64,000 nucleotides of DNA from Thermodesulfobacteriota bacterium (GTDB taxonomy: Bacteria; Desulfobacterota; Desulfobacteria; Desulfobacterales; C00003060), in assembly GCA_034189385.1 (NCBI GenBank), contig JAXHVD010000003.1, positions 128,001-192,000 of the forward strand, written 5' to 3'. Positions 40,941 through 49,570 of this stretch are shown here, in pieces. Made by a program: the position numbers and the translations under genes. The first letter of the stretch is position 1. Each line of letters starts with the position of its first letter. The notes under the pieces are model-generated. The model had not been told where the DNA came from. It ran no database searches and saw only the letters and a list, made by a program, of their open reading frames with translations.

Positions 40941-41459
40941 ATGAACAGATTCATACCGTTTATCAGCATACTACTCATGGCAATCACACCGTCTTTGGCA
41001 TTGGGCCTCCATATCGGTGACACGGCCCCTGTATTCCAAGCCAGCTCTACAGAGGGAACAATCCGTCTCGTCGACTACCTGGGCAAGAAAAACGTCGTCC
41101 TGGCACTCTATTTTGCGGCTTTTACGTCTGTCTGAACGGACGAGCTGATCGCTTTCCAGCGGGATCTGGAAAAATTCGAGCACGAAGATGCTATCATTTT
41201 GGGCGTAAGCAAAGATAGTATGAAAACAAGCAAACGGTTTGCCAAGGAATACGGGATCGGTTTTCCTTTGATATCAGATAGCGACAAGAAAATCAGACGA
41301 CTCTATGGAGGAGGGCGCGTTACCTATCTCATCGACAAGAACGGCGTGATCAGATTCATTCAAAAGGGGGTCCCTGACAACAACCTGTTCCTGAAGGAAT
41401 TGAAGAGACTACGTGACGCCAACATGGCCATTCAAGAAGGGGGCAGCACAACAGATTGA
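40941..41459 (+). CDS. Selenocysteine-containing peroxiredoxin (BCP/PrxQ-like) with signal peptide
   Basis: ORFs 40941-41135 and 41199-41459 are in one frame; TGA 41133-41135 is at the peroxidatic position (FTSV-U-TDEL); hairpin TTTCCAG-cgggat-CTGGAAA at 41153-41172. Confidence 0.88.
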
Positions 41460-41537
41460 AGCGCCCTGCAGCAAGCTGTTATGCAACGGGCTCTGTTGCG
41501 GTTCAACGGAAGCATACAAAGGGAGGTGACAAGCGAC

Positions 41538-41864
41538 ATGGAAGACGCCACTATCATACGCGTTTCTGCGCAAGAGGCAAAAGAGATGGTTGAGGCAGAA
41601 TCAGGTCTGCTGGTCTGTGCCTATGATGACGAAGACAAATTCAAGCGAAATCATCTATCAGGCGCGATATCGCTTGCCGAATTCAGATCAAGACTCACAT
41701 CCATCCCCCGAGACCGAGAAATCGTCTTCTACTGTGCCTGACCCAAAGAAGCGAGTGCTGCCGGGCGCGCAGTGGAATACTTGAAGATGGGCTACGACAA
41801 TGTGAAGGTCTTGGGTGGCGGTGTCACGGGCTGGAAAGAGGCGGGATATCCCATTGAGGATTAA
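41538..41864 (+). CDS. Selenocysteine-containing rhodanese-domain protein
   Basis: IVFYCA-U(TGA 41739-41741)-PKEASA; the frame continues through the rhodanese C-terminal signature V.VL.GG..GW..AGYP to TAA; RBS GGAGG. Confidence 0.87.
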
Positions 41865-41902
41865 CGAGACTTGGGAGCCACTAGAAGGCGAGATCACGCA
41901 TC

Positions 41903-42337
41903 TTATTCGCCTTCTCCCGTAGCCGAAACGGCAGAAGGGATCTCATCCTCTAGCATGGCTGCAATGCGAACAATGGCCTGCCTGCAGACCACGACGTAAG
42001 GGGCACCGAATATTGGCACTTCAAATGTGAGGCGGCAGAGGCCTTGAGTGACCTCTTCAACCCGATGGCCCGTGGCACGAATGCCGAAGACTTCCCATGA
42101 CCAGTACCTCTCATCTTTGAAATCCGTAATGACAAAGGGGACCCACAGACCCAAGGCGGTCTTCACAAGGCCCCGAGATCCCTTTCGAATCGGACGATCT
42201 GAACAACGTACCTGAACAACAGAAGGGCCCCATGCTGGCCAATGGGTCGTGTCCGTGAGGACGTCCCAAATGGCCCTGCGTGAAGCCCTCACGCAATGGC
42301 TAATCTCAATGTGGGGAAAGTTTATTTTCGTCTTCAT
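41903..42337 (-). CDS. SRPBCC/polyketide cyclase-like (START) protein
   Basis: A....IW.VLTD...WP.WGPSV, W.W.V.G..ATGHRVE. Confidence 0.8.
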   Translation of the reverse strand: MKTKINFPHIEISHCVRASRRAIWDVLTDTTHWPAWGPSVVQVRCSDRPIRKGSRGLVKTALGLWVPFVITDFKDERYWSWEVFGIRATGHRVEEVTQGLCRLTFEVPIFGAPYVVVCRQAIVRIAAMLEDEIPSAVSATGEGE

Positions 42338-42513
42338 GTCCGCTCAAAGGGGTGCTATCTACTGTGGTGTCTGAAAAGTGCCTGCAAGAAGCAGGGCGTC
42401 GCCATCAAGGCATCTTCCCGGCTTCATGAGCATCTCCGGGACATGACCGGAGCTTGTAGCCTGGGAACACGCATGCGTTTGAATGAGCCTACCAAAGGAG
42501 ACAGCAGAATCCT

Positions 42514-43047
42514 ATGAAATACTGCAGCAACTGTGGCGCTCGGGTGACTGCTCGCATTCCCTCCGGGGATGATCGGCCCCGTTTTGTCTGTGACACCTGC
42601 CAGGTCATCCATTATGAAAACCCCAACATCGTCGTCGGGTCCATACCGGAACTTGACGACCGAATCCTTTTTTGTCGCCGTGCCATCAGACCACGTCTCG
42701 GAAAATGGACGATCCCTGCGGGCTATCTTGAAAACGGGGAGACCCTTGTGGAGGCTGCTAAACGGGAGGCCTTTGAAGAGGCCAGAGCCAAGCTCACAGA
42801 CCTGATGCCTTATGCATTACTCAACCTCACCTTTGTGAATCAGGTCTATGTCATCTTCCGCGGCCGTTTGACCGATCATGACTACCGGCCCGGCGCCGAG
42901 AGCTCAGAGGTTAAGTTGTTGGCAGAGCATGAGATTCCTTGGGACGATCTGGCCTTTTCTTCCATACGGGAGGCCCTAAAACGGTACTTCATAGACCGCA
43001 GAAAGGGGACTTTTCCTCTCCATATGGCAGACATCCAGCCTGATTAA
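42514..43047 (+). CDS. NUDIX hydrolase with N-terminal zinc ribbon
   Basis: MKYCSNCG...C..C..IHYENP; Nudix box G..E.GET..EAA.REA.EEA. Confidence 0.93.
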   Translation: MKYCSNCGARVTARIPSGDDRPRFVCDTCQVIHYENPNIVVGSIPELDDRILFCRRAIRPRLGKWTIPAGYLENGETLVEAAKREAFEEARAKLTDLMPYALLNLTFVNQVYVIFRGRLTDHDYRPGAESSEVKLLAEHEIPWDDLAFSSIREALKRYFIDRRKGTFPLHMADIQPD

Positions 43048-43058
43048 TCAAAGGCCAA

Positions 43059-43099
43059 ATTACTCCCTTTTTCAGTGCAAAATACAGTTTTTACCCCAT
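43059..43099 (+). promoter_or_regulatory. Island motif copy 4 (ATTAC-N16-AAATACA-N6-ACCCCAT)
   Basis: Upstream of the PNPOx-DUF1499-PAS-dioxygenase run. Confidence 0.65.
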
Positions 43100-43195
43100 A
43101 TGCCACCCCGGAGGTTCGTGCCATGCTCTCCCATGAGACGAAGTCTTAGATAGCAGGAAAAAAATTCCATACGATTGCCATGAGGAGGTGCTAAG

Positions 43196-43576
43196 ATGAA
43201 TCTGAAAGACTACTTTGAACAGGCTAAAGGACTCGGGGCGCTTGCTACGGCAGATTCAGAGGGAAAGGTGGATGTGGCTGTCTATTCCCGGCCCCACGTG
43301 ATGGATTCTGAGACCGTGGCCTTTGTTATGCGAGATCGCCTGACCCATCATAACCTCCAGTCCAACCCCCATGCCGCTTATCTCTTCAAGGAAGCGGGGG
43401 AAAAATACGTTGGAAAGCGGCTTTTCTTAACCAAGATTCGCGAAGAGCAGGATACTGATTTGGCTTACGAACTCAGGAGAAGAAAATACCCCGACGACAA
43501 AAAAGAACCGCTCTTCCTGGTCTTTTTTCGTATTGACCAGATCCTGCCGCTTGTGGGTCCCGGAGACGGTGAGTAG
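43196..43576 (+). CDS. Pyridoxamine 5'-phosphate oxidase-like FMN-binding protein
   Basis: LATAD.EG.V.VAVYSRP, T..NL..NP.A; RBS GAGGAGG. Confidence 0.85.
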   Translation: MNLKDYFEQAKGLGALATADSEGKVDVAVYSRPHVMDSETVAFVMRDRLTHHNLQSNPHAAYLFKEAGEKYVGKRLFLTKIREEQDTDLAYELRRRKYPDDKKEPLFLVFFRIDQILPLVGPGDGE

Positions 43577-44048
43577 GAGGCCATCATTGGGGCAGCGTTT
43601 CAGAGTCTTCTTTCACTTCCTGGCGTTGTCCCTCATGTTGTCAAACTGCTCAGCAACTAAACCAGATGATTTGGGATGTACTGACGGCAGGCTATCTCCT
43701 TGTCCAGATTCACCGAATTGCGTCTCTTCGCAGAGTTCAGACAAGGCCCACTATATAGAGCCTCTTACCTATAGGGGAACGTTGACAGAGGCCAGGAAGG
43801 CCCTAGTGTCGGTGATTGCTCGATGGCCTCACAGTGAGATAGTCCAGGCGACGGATGACTATGTCCGTGCGGAGTTCACCTCCAGGTTCTTTGGTTTTGT
43901 CGATGACGTTGAGTTTTGCATGGATGATGATCTGAACATGATTCATGTCCGATCGTCATCACGCGTGGGCTATTTTGATTTTGGGGTAAACAGAAAAAGG
44001 ATTGAGCGCCTTCGAGCCAAGTTTGCGGCACCGAGAACAGAGGATTGA
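43569..44048 (+). CDS. DUF1499 family lipoprotein (second paralogue)
   Basis: PCPDSPNCVSSQ, FVDDVEF, RS.SRVG..D.GVNR.R.E. Confidence 0.9.
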   Translation: MSRRPSLGQRFRVFFHFLALSLMLSNCSATKPDDLGCTDGRLSPCPDSPNCVSSQSSDKAHYIEPLTYRGTLTEARKALVSVIARWPHSEIVQATDDYVRAEFTSRFFGFVDDVEFCMDDDLNMIHVRSSSRVGYFDFGVNRKRIERLRAKFAAPRTED

Positions 44049-44051
44049 GAC

Positions 44052-44768
44052 ATGGCCAGAAAACCAAGTTACGAAGCGCTGCAACAGCGTGTCAAGGAAT
44101 TGGAAAAGGAAGCCGGTGAGCGCCTTCGCATGGAGCGGGAGTTGCTCAAGCTCTCCCACGCGGTGAATCATAGTCCCAGTGCCATCATGATCACAGATGC
44201 TCATGGGATCATCGAATATGTGAATCCGAAATTCGTGGACATGACCGGTTTTACCGCCCAAGAAGTCCTGGGAAAGAATGCCGGGGATTTGGGTGAACAA
44301 TCGGCTGAAGAAGAGGAGAAGATGTGGCAGGTCCTTAAGTCGGGCGGCGAGTGGCGAGGTGAATTTCTGAACAAAAAGAAAGATGGCAAACGTTACTGGG
44401 AACGGGCGTCCATTTCATCCATGAAGGACCCCGACGGTGGGATTACCCATTACGTAAAGGTGGCTGAAGACATCACGGACCTCAAACGCGCACAACAGGA
44501 GTTAAGAGAGAGCCAGGAGGCGTTATATGAACATCAAAAGCGTCTAGGGATATTGAAATTCGCCAATGACATGGCCCTCCGGCTCATGCATGAGTTGCGA
44601 AATCCACTGGTATCGATTGGTGGCTTTTCTAAAAGGATTGCCGATGGTCACTATGGGGAAGATAACTTGACCAAATACACGAAAATCATATTCGAAGAGG
44701 CCAAGAAACTCGACCAGGCCGTCAGTGAGTTGCTTGTGCAACTAGAGACTACTGCCCACAAGGCATAG
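44052..44768 (+). CDS. PAS/PAC + HisKA protein lacking an HATPase domain
   Basis: ITD..G.IEYVNP.F..MTG, W.GEF.N.KKDG, DIT; HELRNPL..IGGF; ends after the dimerisation helices. Confidence 0.8.
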   Translation: MARKPSYEALQQRVKELEKEAGERLRMERELLKLSHAVNHSPSAIMITDAHGIIEYVNPKFVDMTGFTAQEVLGKNAGDLGEQSAEEEEKMWQVLKSGGEWRGEFLNKKKDGKRYWERASISSMKDPDGGITHYVKVAEDITDLKRAQQELRESQEALYEHQKRLGILKFANDMALRLMHELRNPLVSIGGFSKRIADGHYGEDNLTKYTKIIFEEAKKLDQAVSELLVQLETTAHKA

Positions 44769-44804
44769 GATCTCTTTACCTCCTTGCTGAAGGGACAATG
44801 CCCC

Positions 44805-45581
44805 ATGACTCCAGCTGTTTTTGTCTCCCATGGCATGCCAGCCATTGCTGTCCAGCCAGAACCGACGCACTATTTTTTTCGGGAGCTTGGACAGACATTG
44901 GGTCGCCCTAAGGCTGTAGTCTGCGTTTCTGCCCATTGGGAAGCAGTCCGCCCCCTTGTGACAGGCACAAGCGCGCCGCAGACGATACACGATTTCTCCG
45001 GGCCCCCCATTCTTTTCGAAAAAGACTATCCAGCGCCTGGCAACCCGGACCTCGCCCAGGATGCAGTGGCCTTGTTGACCCAGGCGGGCATTGATGCCGC
45101 CACCGATCCTTCCCGAGGCCTTGATCATGGCGTGTGGGTGCCACTCATACTCATGTATCCGGAAGCAGATATCCCCGTGGTGCAGATTTCCGTTCAGACA
45201 GAGCTCGATCCACAGCATCATCTGAAGCTGGGAAGGGCCCTGCAACCCCTCAGAGAAGGCGGGGTATTGGTTCTGGGAAGTGGTGGTGCCACCCACAACC
45301 TGCCGGAGATACACCAATACAGAGTTCACTCCCGCCCGGCAGAGTATGCTCTAGACTTCGACACCTGGCTGGAAGAGGCCATCCTCGGGGGCCGGGAGGA
45401 TGCCCTGCTCAACTACAAAGAAGAGGGCCCTTCAGCCGCAAGGAACCATCCCTATCCTGCCGAGCACTTTTTGCCGCTCTTTGTCCCTCTCGGGGCTGCA
45501 GGGCAGGGGGCAACGGGCCGCTTACTCCACAAGGGATTCATGTATGGCGTCCTATCCATGGCCGCCTATGCCTGGGATTGA
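44805..45581 (+). CDS. Class III extradiol dioxygenase (DODA/LigB/YgiD-like)
   Basis: FVSHG.P, SAHWE, RGLDHGVWVPL, GSG..THNL, HP..EH.LPL. Confidence 0.92.
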   Translation: MTPAVFVSHGMPAIAVQPEPTHYFFRELGQTLGRPKAVVCVSAHWEAVRPLVTGTSAPQTIHDFSGPPILFEKDYPAPGNPDLAQDAVALLTQAGIDAATDPSRGLDHGVWVPLILMYPEADIPVVQISVQTELDPQHHLKLGRALQPLREGGVLVLGSGGATHNLPEIHQYRVHSRPAEYALDFDTWLEEAILGGREDALLNYKEEGPSAARNHPYPAEHFLPLFVPLGAAGQGATGRLLHKGFMYGVLSMAAYAWD

Positions 45582-45675
45582 CAGTGGGGCCATTGCGGGT
45601 TTTTCAGAATGCGTGTGATTCGATGAAGGCCAGGCGGCACACCATAGCGTAACGCATTGTGGACATGATGATTCC

Positions 45676-47058
45676 CTACGCACGAGGGCCGATGTCCCCC
45701 TCAGAAAGAGACCCAATCCGGCGCACGTACGTCTCAATGTCAAACTTGCGCCGAAGCCCTGCGGCGTTCATATACCTGACCTTGCCGAAGACGGGGCGCT
45801 CAGACCAGGCCCGATCGTGTTTGCCCAAACACCACGCCACGCCGGCAAATCCGTTGGGGTCTCTTCCATCCAACTCGTACTTATTGTTCAAGTAGAGCGC
45901 CGTGCGAAAGGCTTCTTCCGGGGTTTTGCTCCACTCCAAGATCTTCTTTCCCCAGTACATCCGCATGTAGTTGTGCATCTTGCCCGTTATCACCATTTCC
46001 TGTTGCGCTGCGTTCCAGTATGGGTCGTGGGTGCGGGCCTGCTCCCACGCCTCCACATCGTATATGTACTCACGGTTGTCCTTTTCATGGGCCCTCAGGG
46101 TTTCTCTGGCCCAGCCCGGCAGTGCCTGGTACGCATCATAGTGCGGGTTGTAGTAAACAAAGTTCATGCTCAATTCTCGCCGCACGATCAGCTCTTCAAG
46201 GTACGCCTCTTTTGCTCCTTTTGGCTTGCCTCTTGCCCGGCGCACCTCGAGGCCAATCTCAACGGGAGAGATCTGCCCGAAATGGAGATACGGACTCATG
46301 TGTGAGCCATAGTCTGTACTGGGGTCGTTCCTGCGGTCCGCGTAGTATTTCAGCTTTTCCTTGATGAAGAGGTGGAGCAGCCCCATGGCCTCCTTTCTCC
46401 CGCCAGAGAAGGTCTCCACCGGAGAGACGCTTCGGTCCAGAGTGAGTCCACGGAGCGCCCCTTTCACGTCTTCCACATCCAGGCCCTCGTATGAAAGACC
46501 CAGGGAGTCTTTCTCCACAGGGGTTGATTTTAGGGAAACCAGATAGCGTTTCAGGTGCTTCTGAATCCGCGGCCGCAAGATGGCTGCAGTATAGGCCTCC
46601 TTTTCAGAAGCCACGGCAACAGGAACAACCACGTCGCTTTCCACTTGGACCACCAGACACGGGGCGTGGTCAGCCACGTGACGGCGCCACCCCTTCTGAA
46701 TCCTAAGATACCCCCTGTCGGTCACCACCATGGAGGCGTCTTTGGAAAACTGGACGGCTGCAAGCTCGGGCGAGTCACGAAGGGCTACAAACTGAATGCC
46801 CCGCTGGTAGAGTCCTTCATGAACCTCCCGGAGCCCCTGAAGCATAAAGGCGTAGTGTCTCTCATTGGCCTCAGGAAAACGGTCGGTGATGCCGAAAAGA
46901 ACGACGACCGGCCGCCTCAGTCCATTGGCTTGTCCGATGGCATACTCTAAGGCGTGGTTGAAGACCACTCTTTGAGAGGCCTGCATCCAGTAGAGGACAT
47001 AGCGCCCCTTTTGGATGGGGCGATCATTCAATGGTTCCACCCGTTCCCGTTGAATCAT
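45676..47058 (-). CDS. phr: Class II CPD DNA photolyase
   Basis: VLYWM...QR, SPYLHFGQIS, EEL.VRRELS.NF, GKMHNYMRMYWGKKILEW, DGRDPNG. Confidence 0.95.
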   Translation of the reverse strand: MIQRERVEPLNDRPIQKGRYVLYWMQASQRVVFNHALEYAIGQANGLRRPVVVLFGITDRFPEANERHYAFMLQGLREVHEGLYQRGIQFVALRDSPELAAVQFSKDASMVVTDRGYLRIQKGWRRHVADHAPCLVVQVESDVVVPVAVASEKEAYTAAILRPRIQKHLKRYLVSLKSTPVEKDSLGLSYEGLDVEDVKGALRGLTLDRSVSPVETFSGGRKEAMGLLHLFIKEKLKYYADRRNDPSTDYGSHMSPYLHFGQISPVEIGLEVRRARGKPKGAKEAYLEELIVRRELSMNFVYYNPHYDAYQALPGWARETLRAHEKDNREYIYDVEAWEQARTHDPYWNAAQQEMVITGKMHNYMRMYWGKKILEWSKTPEEAFRTALYLNNKYELDGRDPNGFAGVAWCLGKHDRAWSERPVFGKVRYMNAAGLRRKFDIETYVRRIGSLSEGDIGPRA

Positions 47059-47076
47059 GAGGCCCCCTGTCACGGA

Positions 47077-48630
47077 TCAGGACATCTTCTCTTGCAGACC
47101 TTTCGCCTGAGCGCGAATGGCCTGCTGCCTTTCTCTTGACAACCTGTCAAGGTTCCTAAACTGCAACCCCATTCGTGGGTTCTTTCTCAGGAACGTCTGG
47201 TGACGCATCAGGAAATCCCAATACAACGTGGTAAAGGGACAGGCAGCCTTAGACACCGCCTGCGATGGATCATAGGGACAAGCCGTGCAGTAATTGCTCA
47301 TGCGCTGAATGTATTTTCCCGTGGCCACGTAAGGCTTTGAAGCCATGATACCGCCGTCTGCAAACTGTGACATCCCCAGGGTGTTGGGCAGCTCCACCCA
47401 TTCCACGGCATCCACGTAGACCGCTAGATACCACTTGTGCACCTCTTGCGGCTTCACGCCCAAAAGGAGGGCAAAGAGGCCTGTCACCATCAATCTCTGG
47501 ATGTGATGGGCGTAACCGTACGAGAGGGTCTGCCCGATGGTCTCTCGAAGACAAAGCATGTCCGTCTCCCCAGTCCAATAAAACCGAGGCAACGGCGCCT
47601 GTGCATCTAACCGGTTCAGGTCTCCGTATTCCGGCATGAAGTGCCAGTATATCCCCCGAACGTATTCTCGCCATCCCAGAATCTGTCTGACGAAACCCTC
47701 TGCGGCATTCAACGGGGCGCGGCCCTCCTCATGGGCCCTTTCCGCTGCAGCCAAGACTTTTCTGGGATCGATCAGTTTCAGATTCAAGGAGGAAGACAGC
47801 CGCGAATGGAAGAGATAGGGACTGCCGGCCCACATGGCGTCCTGGTACAGCCCAAATGCGGGCAGGCGGTTTTCCACAAAGTCTGAAAGGGCTTGAGACG
47901 CCTGGCGTGGTGTCACGGGCCAGTCAAAATGTGCCAGACTCCCCGGGTGCCCCGAAAACCGTTTCTCTACAAGCTTCTTGACTTCTCGGGTGGTCTTGTC
48001 CGGCCGGAAGGATCTAGGTGGAGAGACTCTTCCCGGGCCTTCTTTACCGAATGGCTGCCGATTCTCTGCGTCGTAGTTCCATTTGCCTCCCAGGGGCCCA
48101 TCGCCGTCCATGAGGATGCCGGTTTTACGACGCATCTTTCGGTAAAAAAACTCCATTCTCAATTGCTTGCGCTCACCTGCATACTCAGAAAACGTCTGGC
48201 CTGTAGAAAAGAAGTGTCGATCCGACCGCATCTCTATGGGTAACCCTTTAGTCTTTGCCGCTTCCACCAGGGCCTGTTTCACCCTCCATTCCCCAGGCTC
48301 TGCCAGAATCAGCCTCTGGGGGTTGAGGCTTGCGATGGCGGCTTTCAGTGCCAACGAAAAGGTTTCGCGGTTCTCTGGACCGTCTAGCTGGCTGTAGTGG
48401 ACCGTCATACCCTTTCGCCGAAGGGCATCCCGAAAGTGCCTCATGGCGCTCAAAAATAGGGTGATGCGGGCCTTGTGTGACCATACATAGATGGATTCCT
48501 CTGGGATCTCCGCCATCCACACGGCATCATCAGCGGCATTGAATCCGTCAAAGGCCGAGGAGTCCGAATTGAGTTGATCGCCCAGCACCAAGATGAGATG
48601 GCGGGGCTTTTTGCGAGGATCGTAGGACAT
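47077..48630 (-). CDS. FeS-type bacterial cryptochrome/(6-4) photolyase (PhrB/CryB-like)
   Basis: LVLGDQL, GG.WNYD..NR, EGF.RQI.GWREY, GYAHHIQRLM, C-terminal YC..C...CPF cluster cysteines. Confidence 0.93.
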   Translation of the reverse strand: MSYDPRKKPRHLILVLGDQLNSDSSAFDGFNAADDAVWMAEIPEESIYVWSHKARITLFLSAMRHFRDALRRKGMTVHYSQLDGPENRETFSLALKAAIASLNPQRLILAEPGEWRVKQALVEAAKTKGLPIEMRSDRHFFSTGQTFSEYAGERKQLRMEFFYRKMRRKTGILMDGDGPLGGKWNYDAENRQPFGKEGPGRVSPPRSFRPDKTTREVKKLVEKRFSGHPGSLAHFDWPVTPRQASQALSDFVENRLPAFGLYQDAMWAGSPYLFHSRLSSSLNLKLIDPRKVLAAAERAHEEGRAPLNAAEGFVRQILGWREYVRGIYWHFMPEYGDLNRLDAQAPLPRFYWTGETDMLCLRETIGQTLSYGYAHHIQRLMVTGLFALLLGVKPQEVHKWYLAVYVDAVEWVELPNTLGMSQFADGGIMASKPYVATGKYIQRMSNYCTACPYDPSQAVSKAACPFTTLYWDFLMRHQTFLRKNPRMGLQFRNLDRLSRERQQAIRAQAKGLQEKMS

Positions 48631-49084
48631 GAAACCCGATCATTCTCTCAATCGTTGGTAACGTTCAAAACTTGCGGAAAAGGCCTTAAGCAGGCAGTTA
48701 GAGGGATAGGGATGATCGCTTAACGCAGGCATACAGCCATTGCCATCTGCACCAATGGCATAGGCTACCTAAAGGCATTGGATGCCGAAGAGACGTGATT
48801 ATCCCTATCCCGAAGTCGGTTGTCCAGAAATCCACTAAGTCAACACTTTTGAACGTTACTCAATCGTTGCTAAACAATGGTGCCCCAAGGGGCGGGGCCT
48901 ATCCTCTGTCCCACATACAAAGGCCCGTCTTTCAGGCACAGAATCAGCCCCTTCGTTTCCTTCTCCTAGTCGGTTGACACTGCAAACCAACTTATAGCAG
49001 AATATGACCAAGACAAACAGGGATGATGCCGCAAACGCGGGCGTGATTGGAAAGGCCAGGACCGGGATCTGGGGGTTTTTCGCC

Positions 49085-49570
49085 ATGAATACAGAATCGG
49101 ACGCTCAGACAGACCAATACGACAAGGAGCAAGGGCTGAAAGCGCGCCTTAAGGCCCTCTTTTCGTCTCAGAGATTTGCCGTTCTTGCCACGCAAAAAGA
49201 CGGTCAGCCATCTACCAACCTGGTGGCCTTTGCCGCCACAGATGATCTCAGGCAATTGCTCTTTGTTACCCCCCGGGCCACCCGCAAATTTGCCAACCTT
49301 GCCAGTGACGCCCACGTTGCTATCATGATAGACAACCGGCAAAACCTGGTTTCAGACCTCCGTGACGCCATGGCCGTCACGGCCACAGGGGCGGCTGAGG
49401 TGGTGGTGGGCCCTGAAAAAGAGGCCCTATTGGGGTTGTACCTCTCCAAACACCCGTTTTTGGAAACATTTGCAAGGGCCCCCTCTTGCGCTCTCTTGAA
49501 GATCTCCGTTAAGACCTACGACATTGCAGGAGCATTCCAAAACGTGATGGAGCTGAAGATGATGCCATGA
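49085..49570 (+). CDS. Pyridoxamine 5'-phosphate oxidase-like protein
   Basis: AVLAT..DGQP...LVAF, T.R.TRK..NL. Confidence 0.82.
   Translation: MNTESDAQTDQYDKEQGLKARLKALFSSQRFAVLATQKDGQPSTNLVAFAATDDLRQLLFVTPRATRKFANLASDAHVAIMIDNRQNLVSDLRDAMAVTATGAAEVVVGPEKEALLGLYLSKHPFLETFARAPSCALLKISVKTYDIAGAFQNVMELKMMP

Noticed and set aside
48725..48740. Possible sigma-54 promoter upstream of the photolyase operon (TGGCTG-N5-CTGC)
   Set aside because: Spacing is right but the match to TGGCAC/TTGC is poor
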